Notes: generated by a model from the sequence alone, not told the origin. A DNA stretch of 64,000 nucleotides from an uncultured virus (IMG/VR IMGVR_UViG_3300021085_002396) (IMGVR_UViG_3300021085_002396), one strand, 5' to 3'. Positions 38,630-48,051 are shown, numbered from the stretch's first letter. Made by a program: numbers and translations.

Positions 38630-38929
38630 TTACCAGTCGATTTCTTTCTTACGTTTTTCTGTATCTGTTAATTTAGGTTTAGGTTTAACGTAAACTTTTT
38701 TAACTACAGTATCTTTTTGTTGTTCCGGAATATTGATAGTAATCGAGGGTCCTTCAACATTTACATTTTGTTCTTGAACGACTTCAATTGCTGTATCATC
38801 TTCTACTCCGAATAACTCTTCGATCTTATCAGTAAATACAGTACCTAAGGTAGTTAACACTACTCCAGCTCCTGCTATTAATTGATTTCTGACGTTTGAA
38901 AAGAATCCTTCTTTTTTTTCTTTACTCAT
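38630..38929 (-). CDS. Single-TM hypothetical protein
   Basis: One TM, KDTVVK stalk. Confidence 0.7.
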   Translation of the reverse strand: MSKEKKEGFFSNVRNQLIAGAGVVLTTLGTVFTDKIEELFGVEDDTAIEVVQEQNVNVEGPSITINIPEQQKDTVVKKVYVKPKPKLTDTEKRKKEIDW

Positions 38930-38930
38930 T

Positions 38931-39476
38931 TTAATTAGATAATTGAGATGGACTACATCCGTTTCCATCTACTTCGTTTATTTCTTCTATTGGAGTATCT
39001 GGGCATTGATCTAATGCGTTAATAACTCCATCATAGTCGTAGTCAGCTATAGCTACAAGTTGCTTTACTTTATCTCCTGCATCTTGTACTTGAGCTAATA
39101 AAGCTTGAACTTGTTCTGTTGTTGCCATATTTTCTACAACTGTGAGAGTTTCCTGTAGCCTAACAGTTATGTTAAGTACGATCTGCTCCATGGCTGTTAG
39201 TTGACCTAGAACAGTAGTGTCGAAATCGTCACCCCATGCTAGATTGTCTGCCATTTCCTGCAACATTGCTTCAGTAGCTTCCATGTCTAATGTCATTTGG
39301 TCTACTGCGTCTTGTGCAGATGCTATATCATTTTGCATTTGTTCGATGTCTAATGCTATAAAAGCTGCATCTAACTCTGCTAATGATTCACTTAAGGATT
39401 CAAATCCTCTTTCCAAGGAAGGGTTTGCACACCCAACCATTACGAAACCTATTACTGCGATAATTGCTTTTCTCAT
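38931..39476 (-). CDS. Coiled-coil lipoprotein with thrombospondin type-3-like Ca-binding repeat
   Basis: MVGC lipobox; DYDGVINALDQCPDTP...VDGNGC. Confidence 0.85.
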   Translation of the reverse strand: MRKAIIAVIGFVMVGCANPSLERGFESLSESLAELDAAFIALDIEQMQNDIASAQDAVDQMTLDMEATEAMLQEMADNLAWGDDFDTTVLGQLTAMEQIVLNITVRLQETLTVVENMATTEQVQALLAQVQDAGDKVKQLVAIADYDYDGVINALDQCPDTPIEEINEVDGNGCSPSQLSN

Positions 39477-39839
39477 TTAACGAATTGTTAATTTCCTCTC
39501 ATGGATGACGTCCTGTCCATTCAATATGACTATTGTATAGTCACCGTCTAGGAGCGCTTTAGTATAAAATTTAGATACATTATCTCCGATTTCAGCGTTG
39601 AATTTATTTTTTGATATTAATGTTTTAAAATGATTTCTAATTTCTAGAGTATATTTTCCCTCTGTTAATGTTTTAAAGTTCCATAATGAACCATCTGTTA
39701 TATCGCTGCTTTGAAATTTTAATCCTTCTATATCTAATATCTCTAACTGAGAATCAACGGGAGCATCGATAAACATTTCTTCGTCTTTCATACATGATAC
39801 TGCAAGTATGGCGAATAGTAAGTAAGTAAGTTTCTTCAT
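39477..39839 (-). CDS. Lipoprotein with Ig-like/T9SS-CTD-like domain
   Basis: AVSC lipobox; L..G.Y.I....KL.I end. Confidence 0.7.
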   Translation of the reverse strand: MKKLTYLLFAILAVSCMKDEEMFIDAPVDSQLEILDIEGLKFQSSDITDGSLWNFKTLTEGKYTLEIRNHFKTLISKNKFNAEIGDNVSKFYTKALLDGDYTIVILNGQDVIHERKLTIR

Positions 39840-41524
39840 TATTGTATATTTAAATGTTGTTGTAATCCTTCTGTGCTTGCTGCATCAGTATTTCTTATAC
39901 TTACCAATCCTGCAGCGGATGTTATTGTTTCTAATGGTTCAAATACAATTTTCATTGTTGAATTGACTGGTATAGCTCCTCCATTTTGGATTATACTACC
40001 CATATTAACTGTAGAGTAATCTGAGTTACCAAAGTTAGTAGTAGTATCACCTGTGTCAAATATTACTTCTTTAAATTGTAATCTTGAACTATCGTAATTA
40101 ACTTTTAATTGTAATGCTGCTGTATCATCAGATAAAATTTCAAATTCAACATGAACATTACCATTGTCTTTTATCTCAGTAACTAATGTAGCTTCTACTG
40201 TAGAATCTGATACTGCATATTGAGTCATTGATTTAGAAGTTAATGGTGAAGAGTTAGCTATAGAATAAGTAACTCCTGATCCTGTTGCATTATCTTGTAC
40301 TGTTCCGTGAGATAAGTTAGCATCCCCCCATAGAGCAGATTTATAAGCTAAATTAACATCTCCATTTGATAAATCTAAACTAAATGATCCATCTCCCATA
40401 TCAGGTAAGTCTTCATCTGTCCAATTGTTCATTGTTATTGCATTGTAAACAGCACTAGGTACTAATGCAAAACCAGAACTAAATGTATCTTCTATGTACT
40501 TAACAAATACATCTGCTACATCTAATACGTGTGCTAATAGATCAAATGAATCTTGATTATTAAGAGTTCCGTTAGCATCAAAATCTGTAGCTATATACTG
40601 AATAGGATGCTCATAAGCATTACCAGCATTACCATGTTCAAAGTCTCCAGTTTCTTTTAATAGTAGAACAGCATCTGAAATCGTAATTGCATCATCTTTT
40701 AAATCTTGCCATTCTTGTTCTGTTCCATCCCAGTCGAAAGTAATATGATAAGTCTCTGAAGAACTATTAAAGTAATCTGTTACATTAGCTTCTCCATTTG
40801 CATCTAAATTTAAAGTAGTAATAGTTTCATTATTTGATCCTTTACCTAATGTTGCTTTAATTTTAGTTGCATCTACATTTGAACTAGTTTCTACTTTAAT
40901 ATATACATTGTTATCAAAATCTTCTAAAGGTACTTGAGATATAAACTGAGTATCGTGTCCTCTAACTTTACCAATTGGATAAGTATATCCAGTATTGTTA
41001 TCAGTTACTTTAGCCATTGTTACATTTATTGCTTTTGCATAATTAGAATTATCTGTAGTCTTAGCTATAAAGTGTAGTTCAACATAATCTCCAGCAAATG
41101 CACTAGTATATTGTGTTGTCCAATGTCCTACTTTCCATCCAGTAGTAGAGGCATAATTTCCTCCTCCTCCAGACCACTGTGCCCATAAGTCACTAAGGTC
41201 GTAATTTGTGTTAGGATTCCATTTTGTATCGTCATAGAAGAATAAATTATTATTTGCTCCTGATACTTTCCATACTGGGTCTAGTAACGTATAAGCGTTC
41301 TTATTGTATTCTACATCAGTGTGAATATAAGTAACGTCGTTACTATCGTTCAAATCAGTAATATTTAGTGCGAACACTAAGGTATCATTAACCTGAATTT
41401 TAGTAATATCGTTTTCACCTGAGGTCGTACCTTTAAAATCTAAGTCTATGTCTATACCATCTGAAGATGATTGACCTAGAGCTAGAGCAGGTACTAATAA
41501 AAGGGTTAAAAGTAGTTGTCTCAT
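39839..41524 (-). CDS. Secreted protein with cohesin-like and dockerin-like segments
   Basis: Signal peptide; ITISDA, DFDANGTLN..D, GDANLSH, ALQL.V.YD..L.F. Confidence 0.7.
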   Translation of the reverse strand: MRQLLLTLLLVPALALGQSSSDGIDIDLDFKGTTSGENDITKIQVNDTLVFALNITDLNDSNDVTYIHTDVEYNKNAYTLLDPVWKVSGANNNLFFYDDTKWNPNTNYDLSDLWAQWSGGGGNYASTTGWKVGHWTTQYTSAFAGDYVELHFIAKTTDNSNYAKAINVTMAKVTDNNTGYTYPIGKVRGHDTQFISQVPLEDFDNNVYIKVETSSNVDATKIKATLGKGSNNETITTLNLDANGEANVTDYFNSSSETYHITFDWDGTEQEWQDLKDDAITISDAVLLLKETGDFEHGNAGNAYEHPIQYIATDFDANGTLNNQDSFDLLAHVLDVADVFVKYIEDTFSSGFALVPSAVYNAITMNNWTDEDLPDMGDGSFSLDLSNGDVNLAYKSALWGDANLSHGTVQDNATGSGVTYSIANSSPLTSKSMTQYAVSDSTVEATLVTEIKDNGNVHVEFEILSDDTAALQLKVNYDSSRLQFKEVIFDTGDTTTNFGNSDYSTVNMGSIIQNGGAIPVNSTMKIVFEPLETITSAAGLVSIRNTDAASTEGLQQHLNIQ

Positions 41525-41622
41525 TTTTTTTTCATGTGTTTAGTCAGCCCAGGGTACATATCATGTACCTGATCAGAGAGCCATTTGTCGATTTTTAATA
41601 TTATATTAATTATTTTATTCAT
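41521..41622 (-). CDS. Small protein (33 aa, not in ORF track)
   Basis: ATGA overlaps on both sides. Confidence 0.5.
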   Translation of the reverse strand: MNKIINIILKIDKWLSDQVHDMYPGLTKHMKKK

Positions 41623-42095
41623 AATTCCATTTTTAACTTTTTAACTAACTGTTCACAAAGCTTTTTAATTGCTGATGAAACATTAGCTTGGGAGAAGTTA
41701 CCTCCTTGATCTATGATTAATGTAGCTGTTGATATGCTTTTAGCAACTCCCTTTGCTGTTGCTTTTTTAGGTTTTTTACCTTCTCTAGTAAAAGTACCTC
41801 TAGCTACTATTTGATATACGTCTATGTTTTTAGCGAATGCTGCCAACTGAACGTTATTTCTCTGAACGTCAAAATAAAGCAGTTCAACTTCTAAAATGTT
41901 GTTTGAATTAGGATTGAGATACCAGCCGTAGTCTTGGACAACTTCCTCTAATACATTCTTTACTCCGAATGATAAGTCTCTGTTACCAGCTAGCTCACCT
42001 AGAACGATGTTATTCTCTACGTCCCCTATTTTCAGTTCTTGTGCAACTAAACTAAAACTAAAAAGGAAACTAAGTAAAAATAATAATAGTCTCAT
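41619..42095 (-). CDS. Secreted protein, possibly CsgG/LptE-like fold
   Basis: Signal peptide; FGVKNVLEE, C-terminal SSAIKK.C helix resembling 37601..38320. Confidence 0.6.
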   Translation of the reverse strand: MRLLLFLLSFLFSFSLVAQELKIGDVENNIVLGELAGNRDLSFGVKNVLEEVVQDYGWYLNPNSNNILEVELLYFDVQRNNVQLAAFAKNIDVYQIVARGTFTREGKKPKKATAKGVAKSISTATLIIDQGGNFSQANVSSAIKKLCEQLVKKLKMEL

Positions 42096-42336
42096 ACTAA
42101 TTACTGCTTTGCGACTGCAACAATTAAAAAACGGTTACCAATAATGAAACAATATGAGAAAACGGTTAGGAAAAACGGTTGTTGTGAACGAAGAAACGTT
42201 CATCGGTAATAAATATGCATTCAACGAGGAAAATACAAAATATTCTTAAACTTATTTAAAAAAAAGTAGGCAAAAAAAAAATGGGATCTAATGATCCCAC
42301 TCCTTTGATTGTCCGTATTCGTGTAGTCCGGAATAA

Positions 42337-42561
42337 CTATTCCTTATCAAGCGATTCAATTTCTCTTGGGAGGAAATCTCCGTTGACGTGTCCGCAGTCT
42401 GTGCAGGCGAAGACGGGGATTGGGATATAGGTGGGTTTCGATTGACCCGTGAGTAGTCCTGAGGCTTTTCTGAGGAGTAGTCTTTGTTCAAAATACTTCT
42501 CATTACATTCCTCGCATACAACCGGAAGTGTTTGATTAATGTCAACATTTAGGTTTTGCAT
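42337..42561 (-). CDS. Small zinc-ribbon protein
   Basis: CEEC...CTDCGH. Confidence 0.8.
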   Translation of the reverse strand: MQNLNVDINQTLPVVCEECNEKYFEQRLLLRKASGLLTGQSKPTYIPIPVFACTDCGHVNGDFLPREIESLDKE

Positions 42562-42562
42562 A

Positions 42563-42790
42563 CTAGGACTTTTTCTTCCTACCTGGTTTCTTTCTAGTCA
42601 CCTTTTTGACAACTTCTTTGGCGTCATCGACCACGTCTTCGATTTTGTCTTTGGCTTCTTTAGAAACTTCTTTTGCGGATATTTTAATGTCATTTACATC
42701 GACATCTCCATCTCCATCTTGGTCACCGCGTTTCCAGAGATACACTCCGACTCCGACGGCAATAATTAATAAAATGATAATAACTTTCAT
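42563..42790 (-). CDS. Small membrane protein with EF-hand-like loop
   Basis: N-terminal TM, DQDGDGDVDVND, basic tail. Confidence 0.75.
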   Translation of the reverse strand: MKVIIILLIIAVGVGVYLWKRGDQDGDGDVDVNDIKISAKEVSKEAKDKIEDVVDDAKEVVKKVTRKKPGRKKKS

Positions 42791-42832
42791 GAATTCTAAA
42801 TTTAGTTAATAATTAGTGTTACTTATAAATAT

Positions 42833-43357
42833 CTATGTTTTCTTAACATAAGATAAAGGTTTCCAATATGTCCCATATTTATCGGACATCTTGTCATAAA
42901 AGGCTAATAAATCTTTAGAAGTAGTCTTAATTACTTCCTTGTCATACTGCTCTTTAGTCATTTTAAGATGCAGTACAAACCCTTTACGTATATCTTCTAA
43001 CTTGTTATGTTCGTCTTTCTCGTAGTCTTCGTTCAATCGTTTGATACGAGCTCTATCGATTGCAGTTTCACTATGAAACTTACCAGTATCGGCATCACCA
43101 TTTGTTGTAATAGTATTCAGATACTTGTCGTTCATAGTATGTTGAGCTAAGTCGATTTCAAGTAGATAAGTTGCTTGTTCGAAGTCACCATTTAAAATTC
43201 TATCCCTAAAGGAAGCTCTTTTATCTAGAGGTTTATTCTTAGGAGTATAACTTCTCCACCACATAAATCTATCATAAGGTTTCTTGTAGTGAGTCTTTCG
43301 TAGTTTCGTTTCAATCCATTGTCTAGAAAAACGAGGTTTATAAGGTAACTGATTCAT
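42833..43357 (-). CDS. Hypothetical protein
   Basis: 174 aa ORF; ATG lies immediately after a promoter, so possibly leaderless. Confidence 0.75.
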   Translation of the reverse strand: MNQLPYKPRFSRQWIETKLRKTHYKKPYDRFMWWRSYTPKNKPLDKRASFRDRILNGDFEQATYLLEIDLAQHTMNDKYLNTITTNGDADTGKFHSETAIDRARIKRLNEDYEKDEHNKLEDIRKGFVLHLKMTKEQYDKEVIKTTSKDLLAFYDKMSDKYGTYWKPLSYVKKT

Positions 43358-43391
43358 ACTTAAATATAAGAAACTTTTTTCTGAATAACAA

Positions 43392-43907
43392 CTATAAGAG
43401 AGGAAACTTTAGAGTTTCTTTGAACATAACTACAAAAGAAAACCTTATTCCTTCTGTTATTTCTGTTAGTTCGTGATCAGTACTACTAGGAAAAATTATA
43501 CCGTCTCCTTGATTTTTCGAAAGCTTTACTTCTTTATCTCCATAAACTATAGTATCTCCTCCTTTATACAAATTAGGATGAGTCATTTGTGCTACTAAGG
43601 AATAGAGTCTGCCAGAACTTGTAGATGTTTGCCAATTGTCATTATGCTTTTTAATATAATCTCCTTTGTAATATTTTATAAAGTATAATTCATGGCTCTT
43701 AAGTTTTTTCCCAAAGTGTTCAAAAAAAGTATTATCACATTTATCGAACAAGTTAGTAAATAACTTATTTTCTCTTTTGGCAATGTAAATAGATCTGTTA
43801 AAAGTCTCGTCCTCATTTCTAAGTTCACCTAGAAGCGTAAGATTAGACATAATGAAAGTTATATCTTTCTTTGATAATAAATTACTAACTTCAACTATTT
43901 TTTTCAA
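43392..43907 (-). CDS. 2OG-Fe(II) oxygenase
   Basis: KY..GD..KHND, Y.GG, IFPS...HE...G.R.S. Confidence 0.9.
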   Translation of the reverse strand: MKKIVEVSNLLSKKDITFIMSNLTLLGELRNEDETFNRSIYIAKRENKLFTNLFDKCDNTFFEHFGKKLKSHELYFIKYYKGDYIKKHNDNWQTSTSSGRLYSLVAQMTHPNLYKGGDTIVYGDKEVKLSKNQGDGIIFPSSTDHELTEITEGIRFSFVVMFKETLKFPLL

Positions 43908-44322
43908 ATCCTATCTTTTCAAAAAATTTCTGTGCTCTAATATTCCAGTCATCACAATATAAACGTATCTTATCATGTACTATAAATTGAAGGCAAAACT
44001 GTACAAAGTTAACTCCATAACCTTCTGGCCGTCTAGGATTAACGTACATATTATAAAGATAATCGTTGTCAAACCAAACATGTGCAAGTGGACCATCTTT
44101 ATCTACTCCTATAAATAGAACATGACCTTCATCTAATCTAGATTTAGCATCTTCTAAGTCCCACATCTCAGTCCAAACTATACTATTATTAAAAGAGTCA
44201 ATACTAGCTTGAATAGTATTCTTATAAGAACAAAAAGTATCTGGTCCGATGCAGACTACTCCATCAACATGAGGGTAACTTAAATTATTCTCTATAGTAT
44301 ACCAAACTTCGTTAGTTCCCAC
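43891..44322 (-). CDS. GNAT acetyltransferase
   Basis: MYV.P....GYG, N.RAQKFFEKIGF. Confidence 0.8.
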   Translation of the reverse strand: MGTNEVWYTIENNLSYPHVDGVVCIGPDTFCSYKNTIQASIDSFNNSIVWTEMWDLEDAKSRLDEGHVLFIGVDKDGPLAHVWFDNDYLYNMYVNPRRPEGYGVNFVQFCLQFIVHDKIRLYCDDWNIRAQKFFEKIGFEKNS

Positions 44323-44506
44323 TCTTTAAAATTCTAGCTGCCTCTATTATAGATTCCGATTGGTACGTACATAAGATGGTGTAAGCTTCTTTCTTATGTC
44401 CTTCACTAACAAGGTAACTATCAATATTTGGTTTGGGTGATAATGTAGTATCTTTTAAAATACCATCTTCAACCATTTCGTAATACTTCTTTACTGAATC
44501 GCTCAT
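44312..44506 (-). CDS. Hypothetical protein
   Basis: MSDSVKKYYE small phage family. Confidence 0.65.
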   Translation of the reverse strand: MSDSVKKYYEMVEDGILKDTTLSPKPNIDSYLVSEGHKKEAYTILCTYQSESIIEAARILKSGN

Positions 44507-44511
44507 AACAT

Positions 44512-45645
44512 TTAAATTAAAAATTTATTATAATCACTGTTTTTTAAGAAAATTAAAAGTTGATATCTAACTCCTTCTTTTAATTTATTATACTGAACAT
44601 GTTGATAGGTCTTATATTTCAACATTTGTCCTTTTTTACATTTAAGAGTAGAATAAATAAGTCTATTCTCTTTTCTAAAATCATCGTATATCTGAGTTAC
44701 TCCATTATCAGTAAGTGATATTTCCACAGTATCTACATACTGTTCTTTATCGTCTAACGGCATACCTTTTAATGATTCTACATGTCTATCATAACCTTGT
44801 CCAGGTTCATATTTAACTAATGCTATCCATAAATCATTAATATCTATTTCTTTAAATCTACTAAAAATGGTATTATTTAATATAGATTCTAATTCAGCAT
44901 TATATTTTATATGAGTAAAATAAAATTTTCTTTGATGTTTTATTTTATTTATAACAGCTTCTTGTTCTGTATATACTAGAGTTTCTTTATTATCTGATAT
45001 TAGTTCATCACATAGTTTATCAGAAAGAAAATTATCTTCTCTATCGAAATACTTATCTTTTCTAAATTTACCTGCAGTAAAATACGTCCAACATATCTTA
45101 TGAGTAGAAGGAAATCCAGAAGTCATCCATGGAGTATCAACGTAGTAAAAATTTAAATCTTCTAACTTTCTATATTTACTATACTCGTATAAACATAAGA
45201 TACAATTTTCATCTGCTACAGATTCAGCATAACTTTCAAATGAACTATACTTATTCTCTTCTGCTTGAGTAGGCTTAACATAAAAATAGTTAAGCATTTC
45301 TTTATACTCTTCTTCAGTTTTATTAAAAGTAAAATCTTCATTTTCAGGGCAGAAAGTATCCATATATATACCATCGTACTTTTCTCCTGCTGCTGCTAAC
45401 TCTGGGATTACATCTTGCCAGTCCCCTTGATAAACAGTTACATTAGGTTTATCTGCTGCCCATTCACTTGCTCTTGCAGCTATATCACTTCTCTGTTCGA
45501 TAATAGTAAGAGACTTACATCCTTTTTCGTATATATACTTAGAAGTCATCCCCCATCCAAAACCAACGTCTAAGACGCATTTATTAGGTTTAGCTATCTT
45601 ATCTAATAATAAGGACTGATAAATTATAACCTCATCTGTAATCAT
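44512..45645 (-). CDS. GAMT/Rmt2-like SAM methyltransferase fused to a diverged 2OG-Fe(II) domain
   Basis: VLDVGFGWG, IIE, GDWQDV, YDGIYMDT; C-half KYEPG..YDRHVE...G.RY. Confidence 0.8.
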   Translation of the reverse strand: MITDEVIIYQSLLLDKIAKPNKCVLDVGFGWGMTSKYIYEKGCKSLTIIEQRSDIAARASEWAADKPNVTVYQGDWQDVIPELAAAGEKYDGIYMDTFCPENEDFTFNKTEEEYKEMLNYFYVKPTQAEENKYSSFESYAESVADENCILCLYEYSKYRKLEDLNFYYVDTPWMTSGFPSTHKICWTYFTAGKFRKDKYFDREDNFLSDKLCDELISDNKETLVYTEQEAVINKIKHQRKFYFTHIKYNAELESILNNTIFSRFKEIDINDLWIALVKYEPGQGYDRHVESLKGMPLDDKEQYVDTVEISLTDNGVTQIYDDFRKENRLIYSTLKCKKGQMLKYKTYQHVQYNKLKEGVRYQLLIFLKNSDYNKFLI

Positions 45646-45646
45646 A

Positions 45647-46618
45647 CTAATTCCAATTAAATCCTCTTCCCATATGACCCCAAGTAGCAGTTCCTGCAAA
45701 TATAGGTTTTCTCAAATCTAAGAAACTAATAATACTATTAGGAGCTAATTTATAATCATATTTAGCTAACGATATCTGCTTACCGTCTACAGTAGCAGTA
45801 GCTTGAATAGGTCTATTATGTCCAATTGCATATGACAATTCAACAAAGACTTCTTCAGCTTTCTTCTTTTTAAGTAAATCTACAGCAATATACCTTGCCA
45901 TATATGCAGCTGATCTGTCAACCTTAGTAGCATCTTTACCGCTAAAAGCTCCTCCTCCCAAAGGTACTCTTGGTCCGTAATTATCTACTGCTAGTTTTCT
46001 ACCAGTTACTCCTGCATCTGCATCAAATCCTCCAAGCTTCCAGTCTCCCGCCGGGTTACAATGAAGTGATTTAATTTTTAATTTCTCTGTTTTAGCAAAA
46101 GCTTTACATATTCTCTCTAATGCACTCTTAGGAGCCATTTGAAATGAAGCAACAATTGAAACATTTTTACCGGCTATAGTAACTTGAGTTTTTCCATCGT
46201 ATGGATACTCTTTGTATATCTCCCTATTTAATTTTCTAGCCAAGTAATACTCTTGCGGTATGTATTCCTCATTGTCGTTACATGCATAACCTATCATAAT
46301 ACCTTGATCACCTGCACCTCCTGTGTCGACTCCTTGTGCTATTTCTGGTGATTGTGCTACAATATTAAGAGTGACGTTTTCAGGTTCAATACCTGTAATA
46401 ATTTTAGCAATATTTTTAATTTGACTCTCTTCAATTACTGGACCATAATATGTTATCTCTCCTGTAATAAATAACTTACCGTGACCGCCGCATGTTTCAA
46501 CTGCACATCTTACTAATGGATCTTTTTCTAAAAATAAATCTAGGATAGCGTCAGAAACTCTATCACATAATTTATCAGGGTGCTTTGGTGAAACTACCTC
46601 TGCTGTTCTCTGTATCAT
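45647..46618 (-). CDS. metK: S-adenosylmethionine synthetase
   Basis: HPDK.CD, GAGDQG, TGRK..VD.YG, GGGAFSGKD.TKVDRS. Confidence 0.97.
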   Translation of the reverse strand: MIQRTAEVVSPKHPDKLCDRVSDAILDLFLEKDPLVRCAVETCGGHGKLFITGEITYYGPVIEESQIKNIAKIITGIEPENVTLNIVAQSPEIAQGVDTGGAGDQGIMIGYACNDNEEYIPQEYYLARKLNREIYKEYPYDGKTQVTIAGKNVSIVASFQMAPKSALERICKAFAKTEKLKIKSLHCNPAGDWKLGGFDADAGVTGRKLAVDNYGPRVPLGGGAFSGKDATKVDRSAAYMARYIAVDLLKKKKAEEVFVELSYAIGHNRPIQATATVDGKQISLAKYDYKLAPNSIISFLDLRKPIFAGTATWGHMGRGFNWN

Positions 46619-47154
46619 AAAAACTTTGATTTAAATATTTCTTTAAAATTTTCGAAGCCTAAAGCTGCATTCTCTAGCCAATGAGATGGATCACCATCAT
46701 CACTAACCCATTTATAACAATATAAGGATTTTTCTTCGAAGAGGCAACTAACTGCTATAGAATATAATTCCATATCAACTACATCACAAGTCTCTATAAG
46801 TCTTAGGTATTGATTTGTATATTGACTGCTTGATTTATTGTAGAATGAATCCGTAGTAAAGCAGGTTTTATTTGCTTTTTCATTGAATGTAATAGGTTCA
46901 AATTCTACTGTACCTCCGCCATCAAAATCATATACAGCTGTACCTACTTCTAAGACATCTCCTACTTTATGATCTTGAACGCTACCGCAGGAACCAAAAT
47001 TAACTACGATATCTGGATCGTATTCTTTGATAAGTCTAGTTGTATTTACTGCTGCGTTTACTTTACCTATACCTATAATGTGTATAGGCACTCCATGTAA
47101 CTCAGTCTGACCGTGCTCCAAGTCAGTAGCTGAAACTAATAATATTTTGCTCAT
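46615..47154 (-). CDS. mtnN: MTA/SAH nucleosidase-like (PNP_UDP family)
   Basis: GIGKVNAA, N.G..G, VDME, K.VSD. Confidence 0.8.
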   Translation of the reverse strand: MSKILLVSATDLEHGQTELHGVPIHIIGIGKVNAAVNTTRLIKEYDPDIVVNFGSCGSVQDHKVGDVLEVGTAVYDFDGGGTVEFEPITFNEKANKTCFTTDSFYNKSSSQYTNQYLRLIETCDVVDMELYSIAVSCLFEEKSLYCYKWVSDDGDPSHWLENAALGFENFKEIFKSKFL

Positions 47155-47637
47155 TTATTTTATTAAAACTTTTGTATCATGATCTTTTACTAATCCGATA
47201 TCAAGTAAGCATACTGTATCTAGTACGGTGTAACCCGCTTGCACACAAAGCTCTTTTGCAGCTTGCATAGTTCCTCCGGTAGCATAAACATCATCTACTA
47301 TTATAACATTTCCTTTTCCTTTTTTCATTTCAATAGTATCAGAACCATATTCTAGATCGTACTGAAAGGATACAAGATTTTTTTGATTAGGAAGCTTTCC
47401 AGCTTTACGTATCATTTTAAAACCATCATAAGAATGATCAGCAATAGCTGCTGCAAATATAAACCCTCTAGATTCTATACCTACCCAATAGTCAACTCCT
47501 ACAAAATTGCATAGTTGTTTCATTCCTACTATGCTGTGCTTGAAAGCACCTGCATCTTCAAGTAAAGGCTGTATGTCTTTATAGATTATCCCTTTTTTTG
47601 GAAAGTCGGGCACTTCCTTAATAAATTTTTCTAACAT
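47155..47637 (-). CDS. apt: Adenine phosphoribosyltransferase
   Basis: PDFP..GI..KDI, ESRGF, RKAGKLP, LEYG, VDDVYATGGT. Confidence 0.95.
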   Translation of the reverse strand: MLEKFIKEVPDFPKKGIIYKDIQPLLEDAGAFKHSIVGMKQLCNFVGVDYWVGIESRGFIFAAAIADHSYDGFKMIRKAGKLPNQKNLVSFQYDLEYGSDTIEMKKGKGNVIIVDDVYATGGTMQAAKELCVQAGYTVLDTVCLLDIGLVKDHDTKVLIK

Positions 47638-47936
47638 AACTCACATTCAGGCATATATAATGCCCATAAAATTAAAACTATTATACCAACTATAGTAAGA
47701 ACTATCTTAACCGGCACGGATTGTTTTGACCTCCATGTCGATATCTTCTCACTTCTTTCTTCGATTTTCATTTTCTTAGCTAACCATGACTCATATCTAC
47801 CCACCCAATCAAATGGTGGCATTTTTAAAAGACATATAATGAGCACGAACCACATTTCGGATTCTCCTGCTAATATTAGATAGACTGTTGGTATAACTAC
47901 ATACCACCCTAAGTACTTTTTAAGATGATTTATCAT
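47631..47936 (-). CDS. Membrane protein
   Basis: Hydrophobic segments; C-terminal CELC. Confidence 0.7.
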   Translation of the reverse strand: MINHLKKYLGWYVVIPTVYLILAGESEMWFVLIICLLKMPPFDWVGRYESWLAKKMKIEERSEKISTWRSKQSVPVKIVLTIVGIIVLILWALYMPECELC

Positions 47937-48051
47937 TTTTGTGTTTTACTGTTCTGGTATATTTCTTCTTGTTCTTCACTGGCGTAGGCATGACCAACGC
48001 ATGGTGCCACTCTTCCCTTGTCAATATTACCTTTTCTAATTTTTTCATCAT
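47920..48051 (-). CDS. Small basic protein with KKKYTR..KHK motif (43 aa, not in ORF track)
   Basis: MMKKLEKVILTREEWHHALVMPTPVKNKKKYTRTVKHKNDKSS; an in-frame upstream ATG at 48063 is possible. Confidence 0.6.
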   Translation of the reverse strand: MMKKLEKVILTREEWHHALVMPTPVKNKKKYTRTVKHKNDKSS

